Counted from the first letter of the stretch, positions 1 through 9,390 are shown. The stretch: 64,000 nucleotides of DNA from an uncultured cyanobacterium (GCA_963719515.1 CAVRCJ010000006.1:320001-384000), one strand, 5' to 3'. Program-made: numbers and translations. The notes: generated by a model not told the origin, from the letters alone.

Positions 1-3000
1 TTCAATGGGGTCGCCCAGCGCCGTACCCGTACCGTGGGCTTCGATGTAGCCGATCGTGCTGGCCTCGACGTCGGCAGCAGCCTGAGCGTCCGCAATCACC
101 GCCGCCTGGCCTTCCACAGAGGGGGCGGCGTAGCTCACCTTTAAGGCCCCATCGTTGTTGATGGCGGACCCTTTAATCACCGCGTAGATATCATCGCCAT
201 CGGCCAAGGCGTCCGACAATCGCTTGAGCACCACAATCCCCGCCCCGTTGCCAAACACCGTACCGCTCCCTTGGGCATCAAAGGCGCGGCAGTGGCCGTC
301 GGGGGAGAACACTGCCCCTTCCTGGTACAGGTAGCCCGTCTTCTGCGGCAGCCGGATGGCCACACCGCCCGCCAGCGCCATGGTGCATTCGCCGTTCAGC
401 AGGCTCTGCGCAGCGCTGTGGACCGCCACCAGCGCGGTGGAGCAGGCCGTTTGGATATTGACGCTGGGGCCGGTGAGGTTGAGCTTGTAGGACAGGCGAG
501 TGGGCAGGAAATCGGGCGACTGTCCGATGGTCATTTGAATATCGCCGACGGTTTCTAGAAACGAGCGGTTGGCGGCGTAGCCCAGGCTGGGGCAGACGTT
601 GTTGATGAAGTAGGTGTTGATTCCGCCTCCCGCGTACACGCCAACGGTGCCGGGATAGGTCTCCGGGTCATAGCCCGCGTCTTCCAGGGCTTCGACGGCG
701 CATTCCAAAAAGACCCGCTGCTGGGGGTCTAGCTGCTCGGCTTCTCGGGGGCTGTAGCCAAAGAAGGGGGCATCAAACTGGTCCACATCGGCCAAAGCCG
801 CCCCGGCGTTGACGTAGTTGGGCTGGCTGAGCCAATCCGGGTCAGCAGGCTCTAGCTCGCCGGGGGGAAAGGCGGAAATCGACTCTACGCCGTCACACAG
901 ATTTTGCCAAAAGGTCTCCACGTCCGGGGCACCGGGAAACCGCCCCGCCATGCCGATGATGGCGATCGCCTCGTGGGATAGCCGCTCTCGCGGGCGGCGG
1001 GGCTTGTGGGGCTGCGCCGCCTGGGCTGGCTGACTGAGGTGCTGGGCCAGCCGCTGGATGGTGGGGTATTGGAACAGCGTGACGACGGAGAGTTCGGCAG
1101 TCAGGCCTGTTGACAGATCTGAGCCAAATGCCTCCACTAGCTTTTGATGGGCCTGAATCAGCAGCAGGGAGTTTCCTCCTAGCTCAAAGAAATTATCGCC
1201 AATGCCGACTTCGTCTAGCTGCAGTAGGTCTCGCCACACCTGGGCGATGCGCTGCTCCGTTTCGGTTTGGGGCAGCACCAGCTCGGTGGCCAGCTCGGGG
1301 CGCGATCGCTCTGGGACTGGCAGGGCCCGTCGGTCTAGCTTGCCGTTGGCGTTGAGGGGCATCGCGTCTAGCAGGACAAACGCCGCCGGGACCATGTAGT
1401 CCGGCAGTCGGTCCTGCAGGTAGCACCGCAGGGTGGGTTCGAGGTCGCGGGCGATTTTGCCTTTGAGGGGGTTGTTGGCGTAGCGGCTCCAGTCATGGGT
1501 CGGCGAGGTTGGGGTTGGCGGGGTTGGACTGTACCACAGCAGCGGCTCCACTGGTGCAACTGGGTCACGCTCAGCGCCATCTCTAGCCCCCAGTTCTGAG
1601 GGGAGACCGGACTGGAAGTCCCCCGCAGCCTCTAATTGCCCTGGATGCTGCCGCTCAAGAACGACGTCGTAGCAGCCGGGACTTCCCGCCGACCAGGTTA
1701 CCGAGACGGCGTAGGACAGCGCCTCCCCCAGCTGCCACCAGTCCTCTGGCTCAACGCCCCGCCCTGCCCGAATCTGAGATTTGAGTTTACCAACGGTGCA
1801 ATCATCCTCGCTCTGCAGCGCCGCCAGCAGCGCCATCTCTGTCTCCAGACGGGCATTGGGCACCTGCTCAACCACGAGCGCCTGGGGCCGGTCTTGCAGC
1901 AGCAGCCGAACCTGGTCCAGCGTTAGCGGTCCTCTGCCCGACTCCCCAGCATTCCAAGCGAGCTTTGTCACCTCGGGCGAGGCAACCGGCGTGCCCTCAA
2001 CCCACAACGTCACGTCGTAGCGAAACGCCGTCAGCTCATTGCGGGCCTGCCCCCGCTTCAGCTGCACGACAACATGGCTAATTTTGTCCGTCTGCGCCGC
2101 CAGGGCGTAAAATAGCGCCGGATCAATCAGCAGCTCCTCCTCGTTGTCGATACTCCTTTGCAGTCGCTGCCGCAGCTGCCGTTTGGACAAAGTATCGGGC
2201 GATCGCGCTAGCTGGACGGAAGCGTGGAAGGCCTCCAGCAGCGGCAGACTGCGGATATCGCCGATAAAAATGAACCCGCCGGGCCGAACCGCCGCAGCCG
2301 CTTTCTCCAGCACCTCAACGAAGTAGTCCACGCTGGGAAACAGCTGAATCACGGAGTTGACGACTACCGCGTCAAAGGAATCGGGCGCAACGCCGCGAAA
2401 ATCATCGGCGGCCCGCTGGCGCAGCGCCACCTGGGACCAATCTCCCGCCAGGGCGGGGAGCTGCCGGGCCACGTAGTCCAGGGCTTCCTGAGAAATGTCG
2501 GTTCCTAGGTAGTGGGCGCAGGTGGGGGCCACCCGAAACAGCAGCATTCCCGTACCGCAGCCGATTTCAAGGACGCGGGTCGGTCCTCCTGCGCGAATTC
2601 TGGCCACCGTAGCCTCCACCCAGTCCCGCATCTGCGCCGCCGGGATGGGCTGGCCGCTGTAGCTGTCGTTCCAGCCGACGATGTTGAAGGTGGGGTCGGC
2701 GCTGTCATCCATCTTCGTTTGGCCATAGACGACGTTGTCCACCTGCTGCCACTGGGCCACCTGCTCCGCCTGGGCCGTTGAGCTGATGTCCTGATGACCC
2801 ACCACATAGGCCACCACTCGCCTATCGCCGGGGGTGTCTTCTCGGGCCACTACTGCCGCCTGCTGCACCGCCGGGTGGTGACTCAGAGCAGACTCAATTT
2901 CCCCCAGCTCAATGCGAAAGCCGCGAATTTTCACCTGGTCGTCAGTGCGGCCCAAAAATTCCAGCGTGCGATCGCTGCGGTAGCGCACCAGGTCGCCGGT

Positions 3001-4959
3001 TTTGTACAGCCGGTAATCCCCAAACGCGGCTCTCGCGGTTTCAAAGGGGTTGGGTATAAATCGCTGCTGGGTCAGCTCCGGCCGATTCCAGTAGCCGCGG
3101 GTAACGCCAGCGCCGCCGATGTATAGCTCTCCCGCACCGCCGATGGGCACGGGCTGGAGGTGGGAATCTAGCAGGTAAATTTGGGTATTGGGGATGGGGC
3201 GACCAATGGGAACGGTGGTGTCTTCCGGCTGGGGAGTGCAGCGATGGACCGTGGCCCAGACGGTCGCCTCTGTGGGGCCGTATTCGTTGTAGAGCGCGGT
3301 GTCTTTGAGGGAGCTGTGGTGCTGGGTGATGAGGGCGGGAGGACAGACCTCGCCCGCCACAATGACGACCTGCAGCGAGGCCAGTGAGTCGGAGTCGCGG
3401 AGACTCTCTAGGCACAGCCCATAGAGCGACGGCAGACAGAGGAGATGGGAGATGCGCTCTTGCGCGATCAGCTGCGTCAGCTGCTGCGGGTCTTTTTGAA
3501 CCGCATAGGCGGGAATAACCAGGGTGCCGCCCGTGCAAAGCGTCCAGAAAATGCCCGCAACGGAGCTATCGAAGGCGAAGGAGGACAGCAGCAGGTAGCG
3601 GGTGACGGGCTCGGGGTAGTAGTCGAGGCGGGCCGCCGTGGAGTGGAGCAGGTTTCGGTGAGAGACCAAAACGCCCTTAGGGTTGCCCGTGGAGCCCGAG
3701 GTGTAGATTACATAGGCTAGGTTGTCTGGCCTAGCCTGCTGGGCCGGATTTTCGCAATTTTCCTGGGCAATCTCCGGCCAGTCGGCGTCGAGGCAAACTA
3801 GCTCAAGCGAGGTCTCCGGAAGCTGCGACAGAACGTTTTGCTGGGTGACCAAAATAGACACCTGAGCATCCGCCAGCATGAACGCCAGCCGCTCTTTGGG
3901 GTAGGCCGGGTCTAGAGGCACATAGGCTCCGCCCGCCTTAAGGATGCCAAGAATACCCACCACTATATCCAGCGATCGCTCAACGCAAATCCCCACCAGA
4001 GCGTCTGGGCCAACGCCTCGCTCTAGCAAATGGTGTGCAAGCTGGTTCGCCCGAAGATTCAGCTGCTCATAGGTTAAAGCATCATCTCCGCAGGTTAGCG
4101 CCACAGTATCCGGCGTTTGGGTAGCCTGATGCTCAAACCAATGGTGAATCGCCTGGAATTTTGAGCGATCGCCTGGAGCGTCATTCCACTCAATGAGAAG
4201 CTGATGCTTTTCGGCTTTTCTTAGCAAGGGCAAGCAGGATATGGGCTGCTGAGGATTGCGAACGATAGCCTCTAGCAGCGTTTGAAAGTGCTCCATCCAC
4301 TGCTTTATTGTGGATGAGGTAAACAGCAGCTGATTATACTGCGCACAAACGGTAATCGCGTCCGTTGTTTTCGAGGTGATTAGGGCCCAGTCAAATTTTT
4401 CTGATGCAGTGAAGGAGCCGTTGGTTTCAAAATCTTGGCTTATGAAAACAGCCGAAAATTCCTCAAGATCCTTGACTTCACTATCCGGTTTTGACGACGT
4501 CGACTTCCAGGTCAATTCATTTAGGGCGTCGAAATTTCGCCAGCGACGAGCAGCAAACTCAACGGTCGGATCTTCGGAGAAATCTACAGAAATAGGGATA
4601 AGGCTATCCGATACCACGGAGTCTTTTCTGAAGTCGTTTTTCTCGCCTCTTTTTTGTTCTCGCCGCCTTGCTTTAGCAGGCTTCGCCTCAGCTGATCTTA
4701 CTTGAGAGGGCAGCGTAGATGTAATTTTAAAAGCATCTAAGGATGACAGCCGGTGAAGCAGAATTTGAAACGCTATCAACAGCAGGTCATCTGCGGAGAT
4801 TCCAAGGGAATACGCTGAGCTGACAATCCTTTCCGTAAGTGTTTCGCACAGCCGTATACTGTGCCTTTCTTCCTTGTATGCGCGCGGATGATGTCGAAGT
4901 CGATCCGTCAGCAAATTTAGAATAGGAAAATCATCCACTTGTCTAGACCCTCTGTTCAT
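1..4959 (-). CDS. Hybrid NRPS-PKS (partial C domain, A domain interrupted by a methyltransferase, PCP, KS); runs off the left edge
   Basis: Manual translation from ATG at 4959 stays in frame to position 1. A-domain motifs YTSGSTGNPKG, YNEYGPTE, YKTGD, QVKIRGFRIELGEIE and NGKLDR; MT motif VLEIGCGTG; PCP DNFFELGGNSL; KS DPQQR, QTACST and EAHGTGT. Missing from the ORF track because it has no stop codon in the window. Confidence 0.93.
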   Translation of the reverse strand, partial: MNRGSRQVDDFPILNLLTDRLRHHPRAYKEERHSIRLCETLTERIVSSAYSLGISADDLLLIAFQILLHRLSSLDAFKITSTLPSQVRSAEAKPAKARRREQKRGEKNDFRKDSVVSDSLIPISVDFSEDPTVEFAARRWRNFDALNELTWKSTSSKPDSEVKDLEEFSAVFISQDFETNGSFTASEKFDWALITSKTTDAITVCAQYNQLLFTSSTIKQWMEHFQTLLEAIVRNPQQPISCLPLLRKAEKHQLLIEWNDAPGDRSKFQAIHHWFEHQATQTPDTVALTCGDDALTYEQLNLRANQLAHHLLERGVGPDALVGICVERSLDIVVGILGILKAGGAYVPLDPAYPKERLAFMLADAQVSILVTQQNVLSQLPETSLELVCLDADWPEIAQENCENPAQQARPDNLAYVIYTSGSTGNPKGVLVSHRNLLHSTAARLDYYPEPVTRYLLLSSFAFDSSVAGIFWTLCTGGTLVIPAYAVQKDPQQLTQLIAQERISHLLCLPSLYGLCLESLRDSDSLASLQVVIVAGEVCPPALITQHHSSLKDTALYNEYGPTEATVWATVHRCTPQPEDTTVPIGRPIPNTQIYLLDSHLQPVPIGGAGELYIGGAGVTRGYWNRPELTQQRFIPNPFETARAAFGDYRLYKTGDLVRYRSDRTLEFLGRTDDQVKIRGFRIELGEIESALSHHPAVQQAAVVAREDTPGDRRVVAYVVGHQDISSTAQAEQVAQWQQVDNVVYGQTKMDDSADPTFNIVGWNDSYSGQPIPAAQMRDWVEATVARIRAGGPTRVLEIGCGTGMLLFRVAPTCAHYLGTDISQEALDYVARQLPALAGDWSQVALRQRAADDFRGVAPDSFDAVVVNSVIQLFPSVDYFVEVLEKAAAAVRPGGFIFIGDIRSLPLLEAFHASVQLARSPDTLSKRQLRQRLQRSIDNEEELLIDPALFYALAAQTDKISHVVVQLKRGQARNELTAFRYDVTLWVEGTPVASPEVTKLAWNAGESGRGPLTLDQVRLLLQDRPQALVVEQVPNARLETEMALLAALQSEDDCTVGKLKSQIRAGRGVEPEDWWQLGEALSYAVSVTWSAGSPGCYDVVLERQHPGQLEAAGDFQSGLPSELGARDGAERDPVAPVEPLLWYSPTPPTPTSPTHDWSRYANNPLKGKIARDLEPTLRCYLQDRLPDYMVPAAFVLLDAMPLNANGKLDRRALPVPERSRPELATELVLPQTETEQRIAQVWRDLLQLDEVGIGDNFFELGGNSLLLIQAHQKLVEAFGSDLSTGLTAELSVVTLFQYPTIQRLAQHLSQPAQAAQPHKPRRPRERLSHEAIAIIGMAGRFPGAPDVETFWQNLCDGVESISAFPPGELEPADPDWLSQPNYVNAGAALADVDQFDAPFFGYSPREAEQLDPQQRVFLECAVEALEDAGYDPETYPGTVGVYAGGGINTYFINNVCPSLGYAANRSFLETVGDIQMTIGQSPDFLPTRLSYKLNLTGPSVNIQTACSTALVAVHSAAQSLLNGECTMALAGGVAIRLPQKTGYLYQEGAVFSPDGHCRAFDAQGSGTVFGNGAGIVVLKRLSDALADGDDIYAVIKGSAINNDGALKVSYAAPSVEGQAAVIADAQAAADVEASTIGYIEAHGTGTALGDPIE

Positions 4960-5791
4960 TTCACCCAGAAAATGCTTTTTTTAAGAGATAACGGCTTACG
5001 CCCTATGCCCTACGCCATCACATAGGATCGCGCCCAAGCGGACCGACAACGCTATTGAAGGCCAAAATCTTACATGGTGTGCATTGGAACCAGATGAACA
5101 TAGTACTTAATCGCTGTGGCGATTAAGCAGGACATCCTTCTACATTATAATTGATTGCTATATGCCTTGAGCTGATGACGTTACTAAAACCAATCTTTGC
5201 AGAATCGGTGCCCTTTCTCAGCGCTTCAACAATCTTTTGGCCGCAATAAGATTCGCCACAAATCTCAACAATGTATTAATTTTGATATGTGAATATTAGG
5301 ATGGCTTGTTCGATCTCGAGCATGTCTCTATCCAATCAAAAGCGATATTTTCACTTTAAAGCAAGCATTTCTTAGCGCTCTAAATTCTGTCTACAGTCTA
5401 AATTGAAAACACAAGTTCGAAGGGCTACGCACTCTAGAGTACGCTCGTGCGGGATAGCTCGTTCTTTCAAGATCTATCAATGCCTTAAATTTTTGATCTG
5501 GCTTTTTTCTTAAGATAGCCCTGTTCCTATTGCTTAGCGTTCTTTTGGGTTGTAATACTCAGTAATACATAAAACAGTATTTGCCTGGACGTATGCTTTG
5601 CCCTCTAGACTCTAGACAAAGCGACTCTGGTTGTCTATTGCCGTTGGGCGGAGGCACTGCCCGTTCAGAGCACTGCCTGTTTAGGACATTGTTTGCCACA
5701 AACATTATGCTAGCGTTTGCCAACCTTGATCATGTTAAACAGAGGTTCTATGGGGGATTAGAGACAGGATTGGAGACTCAGGCCCGGCTAC

Positions 5792-6336
5792 TTGAGCAAG
5801 ACAGGCTCCGAATTCGAGTCAATTCACATTCTAATTGGTCGCTTCCTTGCCGATCGCCATTCCCCTGCTCCGCTCGATACGGCTCGCATCTTAGGCAACA
5901 ACCCGAAATTTGACTGGGGAGAGGGGATGCCGCTCGAAAAGGTGATCGACTCCCCAGAAGCCTTCGATGCCCTAATGCTCAACCCGTCGCTGTTTCGCAA
6001 CGCGATCGCCATCATCGAGCCTTGGGAGCACGTCGGCTATAACCGTTTAGGGGAGCACGTGCGAGCCTCCGAAAACGTGGCCTACCTGGCGCAGACTATT
6101 GCAGACTGCGACTCGGTGCTGTTTCCGATGTGGTCGTCAGGGCCGTTCGACCTAGACAAACTTATCCCGGTAATCAGCTCAGGGCTGGCGATCGGCGTGG
6201 AAGGCGGAGATCCTCCGGTGCGCAACCCAGCTACCTTCGAGGGCTCAAACGCCTCCCAAGCCGAGATGATTGCCCTCACCGAGTATGTTGACTTTGAGAC
6301 TAAGGAAGTGCGGCGCTCGTTTACAGAAGACGTCGT
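5792..6336 (+). pseudogene. Hypothetical protein fragment cut by the IS200/IS605-type element
   Basis: ORF 5792..6403 looks like real coding sequence, but its last ~20 codons are read from the element's left end starting at ~6337. Confidence 0.55.
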
Positions 6337-6391
6337 AAAGCCCACTCCTTTAGGGGTGGGATATAAGGCGGCGAGCCAGAGGCGAGCAATT

Positions 6392-6526
6392 CTATTCCTC
6401 TAATCGCAGCCGATCTATCCATTCCTCTATGAGTTGGGTCATGGTTTTGTCCCGTTCTTTTGCAATACTTCTAAGCTTTTGCAGTCTTTGCTCAGACAGC
6501 CTGATGGTAAAGTTCTTTTTTGTCAT
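6392..6526 (-). CDS. 44-aa ribbon-helix-helix (CopG-like) DNA-binding protein
   Basis: Manual translation MTKKNFTIRLSEQRLQKLRSIAKERDKTMTQLIEEWIDRLRLEE*: a beta-strand (FTIRL) followed by two amphipathic helices. Too short for the ORF track. Confidence 0.8.
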   Translation of the reverse strand: MTKKNFTIRLSEQRLQKLRSIAKERDKTMTQLIEEWIDRLRLEE

Positions 6527-6570
6527 CTCGCATGTGCATTGTATGTGCGTTTATGCTAGCATGACAATAA

Positions 6571-6870
6571 GTTCTTCAACATACTCAAGGTTCGGCGGGT
6601 TCGGCTGAGAAGTTCAGCCGGTAAAGCTTTGAGCGTACCGAAAGGATGTAGCTTAGCAGTTTAGACGGGTAAAACAGAGCCGCGAGCGGTAAAATGCCGG
6701 GTTCGACATTGTCTGCAAAGCCTAAAGGAAGAAAACCGTCTTCGGTTGCTTGTGGAAACACAACCAGGCAGGGCGTTGTCTGATGGGAGAGTAGATGTTA
6801 GACAGGCTCAGCCTGCATTCTACGCCGGTATCCCAGAATCCCACGCGCTTTAGCCGTGGGAGTGCGTCAA
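6571..6870 (+). ncRNA. Putative structured RNA inside the IS200/IS605-type element
   Basis: No convincing ORF. Many nested stems: 6584-6592/6625-6633, 6602-6620, agacgg/ccgtct, GAAA-capped hairpins, caggc/gcctg, tgtctgat/gttagaca. An extended -10-like TGcTAGCAT lies just upstream. Confidence 0.55.
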
Positions 6871-6914
6871 ATCGGTGCCGGGAGTACGTTACGGCAAAAC
6901 GCCAACCTATACCT

Positions 6915-7328
6915 ATGCCATCGCCTTTCATTTCGCCCAACGATATCCTAGAGGCCGCTCGGCAGATTCGCCCGGAACTTCCCGAGCTGCTGCCCGCTGA
7001 GTCCGTCGCTCGCTTCGATCGTCAGCTTGCTGACTACCTCGCTCAGGCTCACAGTGGCGAAGCCGTCCATGAGCAGGTTCTTGAGCTACTGCAAAGCGAC
7101 CCCGAGACCGAAGACTGGCTACTGGAGACCTTTGGACCCCGCCGGGTGGCTAAAGGAGAAACCATGCGGGGTGGCTATCAGGGGTTGCCCGGCAGCATCA
7201 GCGCGATTGGCGCTCAGAAGTATGTCTGCCCCGAGGGCAATGACTACACCCGATTTTTGCGCTCCGCCGGCGATGTCCCCCGCTGTAAGACTCACGGTTG
7301 TTTGCTGGTTCCCGCTAGCGAGGTGTAG
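6915..7328 (+). CDS. Hypothetical protein with a C-terminal Cys/His (possible Zn-binding) motif
   Basis: In-frame ATG at 6915; the upstream extension in the track lies in the IS end. Helical N-terminus, YQGLPG linker, YVCP...CKTHGC. Stop abuts the next ATG. Confidence 0.75.
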   Translation: MPSPFISPNDILEAARQIRPELPELLPAESVARFDRQLADYLAQAHSGEAVHEQVLELLQSDPETEDWLLETFGPRRVAKGETMRGGYQGLPGSISAIGAQKYVCPEGNDYTRFLRSAGDVPRCKTHGCLLVPASEV

Positions 7329-8258
7329 ATGTACAAAGGCTTCCTCACTGCGGTAAGCAGCAAGCTGGCCGAACGCTGGGTCGCTAACCTATTTGCCCCT
7401 GCCTTTGTGTTCTGGGTAGGGGGGCTTGCGGCACACTTCCAAACGGAGAACTGGGAAGATCTAAAGACTTGGCTCGCTGGTCTAGACAACGCGCTGCAGG
7501 TGGCTGTGCTGCTGGGTTGTCTGTTGGTGGTGGTGACATCAGGGTTCATAGTCCAGCGGTTTGACCTAGCGGTACTGCGCTTTTTCGAGGGCTACTGGCC
7601 GGCCTGGACTGCGCCGCTGCGCGATCGCCTTTTGCAGCGGCAGCAGCAGTGGTACGCACAGGCGGAGGACCGCTGGAACGAACTGATGGTAAAGCAGCAG
7701 GAAAGCAGCGGTAGAACCTCCCAAGAAGACGAAGAGTTTATTGCTCTAGATGCGCAGCTGCATCGGGCACCCGTGGGGCACAGCCGACAGATGCCCTTAA
7801 AGCTAGGCAATATTCTGCGGGCCGCTGAAATGCAGCCAAACAACAAGTACGGCTTGGATGCGGTGGTGTGCTGGCCCAGATTGTGGATGGTGTTGCCACA
7901 AGAGGTCAAAGAAGAGATTCAGCAAGCTCGCAGCGACCTCAACACCGCCGCGCGGGTTTGGCTGTGGGGGGTGCTGTTTTTAATTTGGTTTTTTATCTAC
8001 CGATGGACCTGGTGGGTGGTTCCAGTAAGTTTGGGAACGGCATGGTTTGCTCATCACTGGATGCTGCTGGCAGCGGCGACCTACGGGGAGCTGCTGGAGT
8101 CGGCCTTCGATCTATATCGCTTTGAGCTCTACGCGGCACTGCACTGGCCGCTACCTAAGACTCCCGAAGAAGAGCAGCACAGTGGAACGTTGCTGACCCA
8201 GTATTTGTGGCGAGGATCGCGAAGTAGGTCACCGGAATTTGTATTTGACCGCGATTGA
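7329..8258 (+). CDS. Hypothetical membrane protein (2+2 predicted TM helices)
   Basis: 309-aa ORF with hydrophobic pairs at each end flanking a soluble LGNILRAAE...KYGLDAVVCWPRLW segment. Confidence 0.8.
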   Translation: MYKGFLTAVSSKLAERWVANLFAPAFVFWVGGLAAHFQTENWEDLKTWLAGLDNALQVAVLLGCLLVVVTSGFIVQRFDLAVLRFFEGYWPAWTAPLRDRLLQRQQQWYAQAEDRWNELMVKQQESSGRTSQEDEEFIALDAQLHRAPVGHSRQMPLKLGNILRAAEMQPNNKYGLDAVVCWPRLWMVLPQEVKEEIQQARSDLNTAARVWLWGVLFLIWFFIYRWTWWVVPVSLGTAWFAHHWMLLAAATYGELLESAFDLYRFELYAALHWPLPKTPEEEQHSGTLLTQYLWRGSRSRSPEFVFDRD

Positions 8259-8384
8259 GGCGATCGCGTCAAAAGTAGACCAGTTCCCGACAAAGAGAAA
8301 CCTAAAAAAATACGACACCGTTACCGATGTCGTCATGCTGGGCGATCGCTCTAATGTAACCCTGTTCGTAGCGGCCTTGTCCCC

Positions 8385-8422
8385 AACCGTGTGAAACCTG
8401 AAAATTCAGGTTTCACACGGTT
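8385..8422. terminator. Perfect 18-bp inverted repeat downstream of the atp operon
   Basis: aaccgtgtgaaacctgaa-aa-ttcaggtttcacacggtt between convergent genes. Confidence 0.7.
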
Positions 8423-8439
8423 TTAGCTGTAGGTCCACG

Positions 8440-9390
8440 CTAGCCTAAAGCTTCAGCACCACCTACAACCTCTAGGATCTCCTGGGTAATCGCAGCCTGG
8501 CGCGCTTTGTTGTACACCAAAGATAGTGAACTAATCAAATCGCTGGCGTTGTCGCTGGCGTTGTTCATCGCCGTCATTCGAGCTGCGAGCTCGCTTGCAG
8601 CCGACTCCTGCAGAGCGCGTAGCAGCTGGTTGTTGAGATAAAGCGGCAACAGAGCATCCAAGATTTGGACTGGATCCTGCTCGAAAATCATGTCCTGAGG
8701 CATCTGCGCGGGCGTCGGAGCCTGTAGCGCATCGCGCTCGACCTGAAAAGTACCGCCGCGAGAGGTGAGGCGAAAAATTTCGTCGTCTTTGGGTTCTAGT
8801 CCCTGAGGATCTAGCGGCAGCAGCGTCTGTACCACAGGCTGAGAGCTAATCAGCGAGACAAACTTAGTGTAAACCAGCTCGACGCGGTCGACCGTTCCTG
8901 AAAGAAACAGAGACAGCAGCTCATCAGCAACCTTAGAGGCCTCAGCCGCCGTCGGCACCTGCTCCAGGTTGGTAAACGTTTTGCTGATAGGCTGGTCGCG
9001 GCGCTGAAAGTGCTGAACGGCCTTGCGCCCTACCAGCACATAGCGAAAATCAACGCCTTCTGCCTGAAGCTCCTTAGCCCTTATTTCTCCCCGGCGAATC
9101 ACGTTGGTGTTGTAGCCACCGCACAGACCGCGATCGCCAGATACCACCAGGATGGCAACCGAGCCCACCTCTCGCTTCTGGAGCAGCGGCAGATCAGCGT
9201 CCTCAAATCGCAGCCGGGTTTGCAGGCCAAAAAGCACCTGCGCTAGCCGGTCGGCAAAGGGCCGGGTGGCGGTCACCTGCTCTTGGGCACGACGCACCCT
9301 AGCCGCAGCCACAAGCCGCATCGCCTCAGTAATCTTTTTTGTGTTCTTGACCGACTTGATGCGATCGCGAATTGCCTTAAGGTTTGCCAT
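8440..9390 (-). CDS. atpG: F1 ATP synthase subunit gamma (cyanobacterial atpC)
   Basis: [11 protein letters not shown]..., [23 protein letters not shown]. Confidence 0.98.
   Translation of the reverse strand: MANLKAIRDRIKSVKNTKKITEAMRLVAAARVRRAQEQVTATRPFADRLAQVLFGLQTRLRFEDADLPLLQKREVGSVAILVVSGDRGLCGGYNTNVIRRGEIRAKELQAEGVDFRYVLVGRKAVQHFQRRDQPISKTFTNLEQVPTAAEASKVADELLSLFLSGTVDRVELVYTKFVSLISSQPVVQTLLPLDPQGLEPKDDEIFRLTSRGGTFQVERDALQAPTPAQMPQDMIFEQDPVQILDALLPLYLNNQLLRALQESAASELAARMTAMNNASDNASDLISSLSLVYNKARQAAITQEILEVVGGAEALG

Larger units (their letters stand above)
6337..6870 (+). mobile_element. Non-autonomous IS200/IS605-family element with no tnpA/tnpB, carrying an RHH-like gene and a structured non-coding segment
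   Basis: Left end aaagcccactcctttaggggtgggatataaggcggcgagc and right end gaatcccacgcgctttagccgtgggagtgcgTCAA closely match the ends of the tnpB element at 55243-56588. Confidence 0.85.

Noticed and set aside
177..4705. Numerous short ORFs in the track
   Set aside because: They are antisense or off-frame shadows of the NRPS-PKS gene.
5581..5913. 110-aa ORF upstream of the gene fragment
   Set aside because: TTG start, no motifs, and it overlaps a more convincing ORF.
6740..6830. Possible group II intron domain V/VI or group I intron core in the structured segment
   Set aside because: It has a GAAA-capped hairpin, but I could not place an AGC/CGC triad with the AC bulge or group I P7 motifs, so it is not called an intron.
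6795..6914. N-terminal extension of the 177-aa ORF
   Set aside because: Mostly read from the IS right end; ATG 6915 is the more plausible start.
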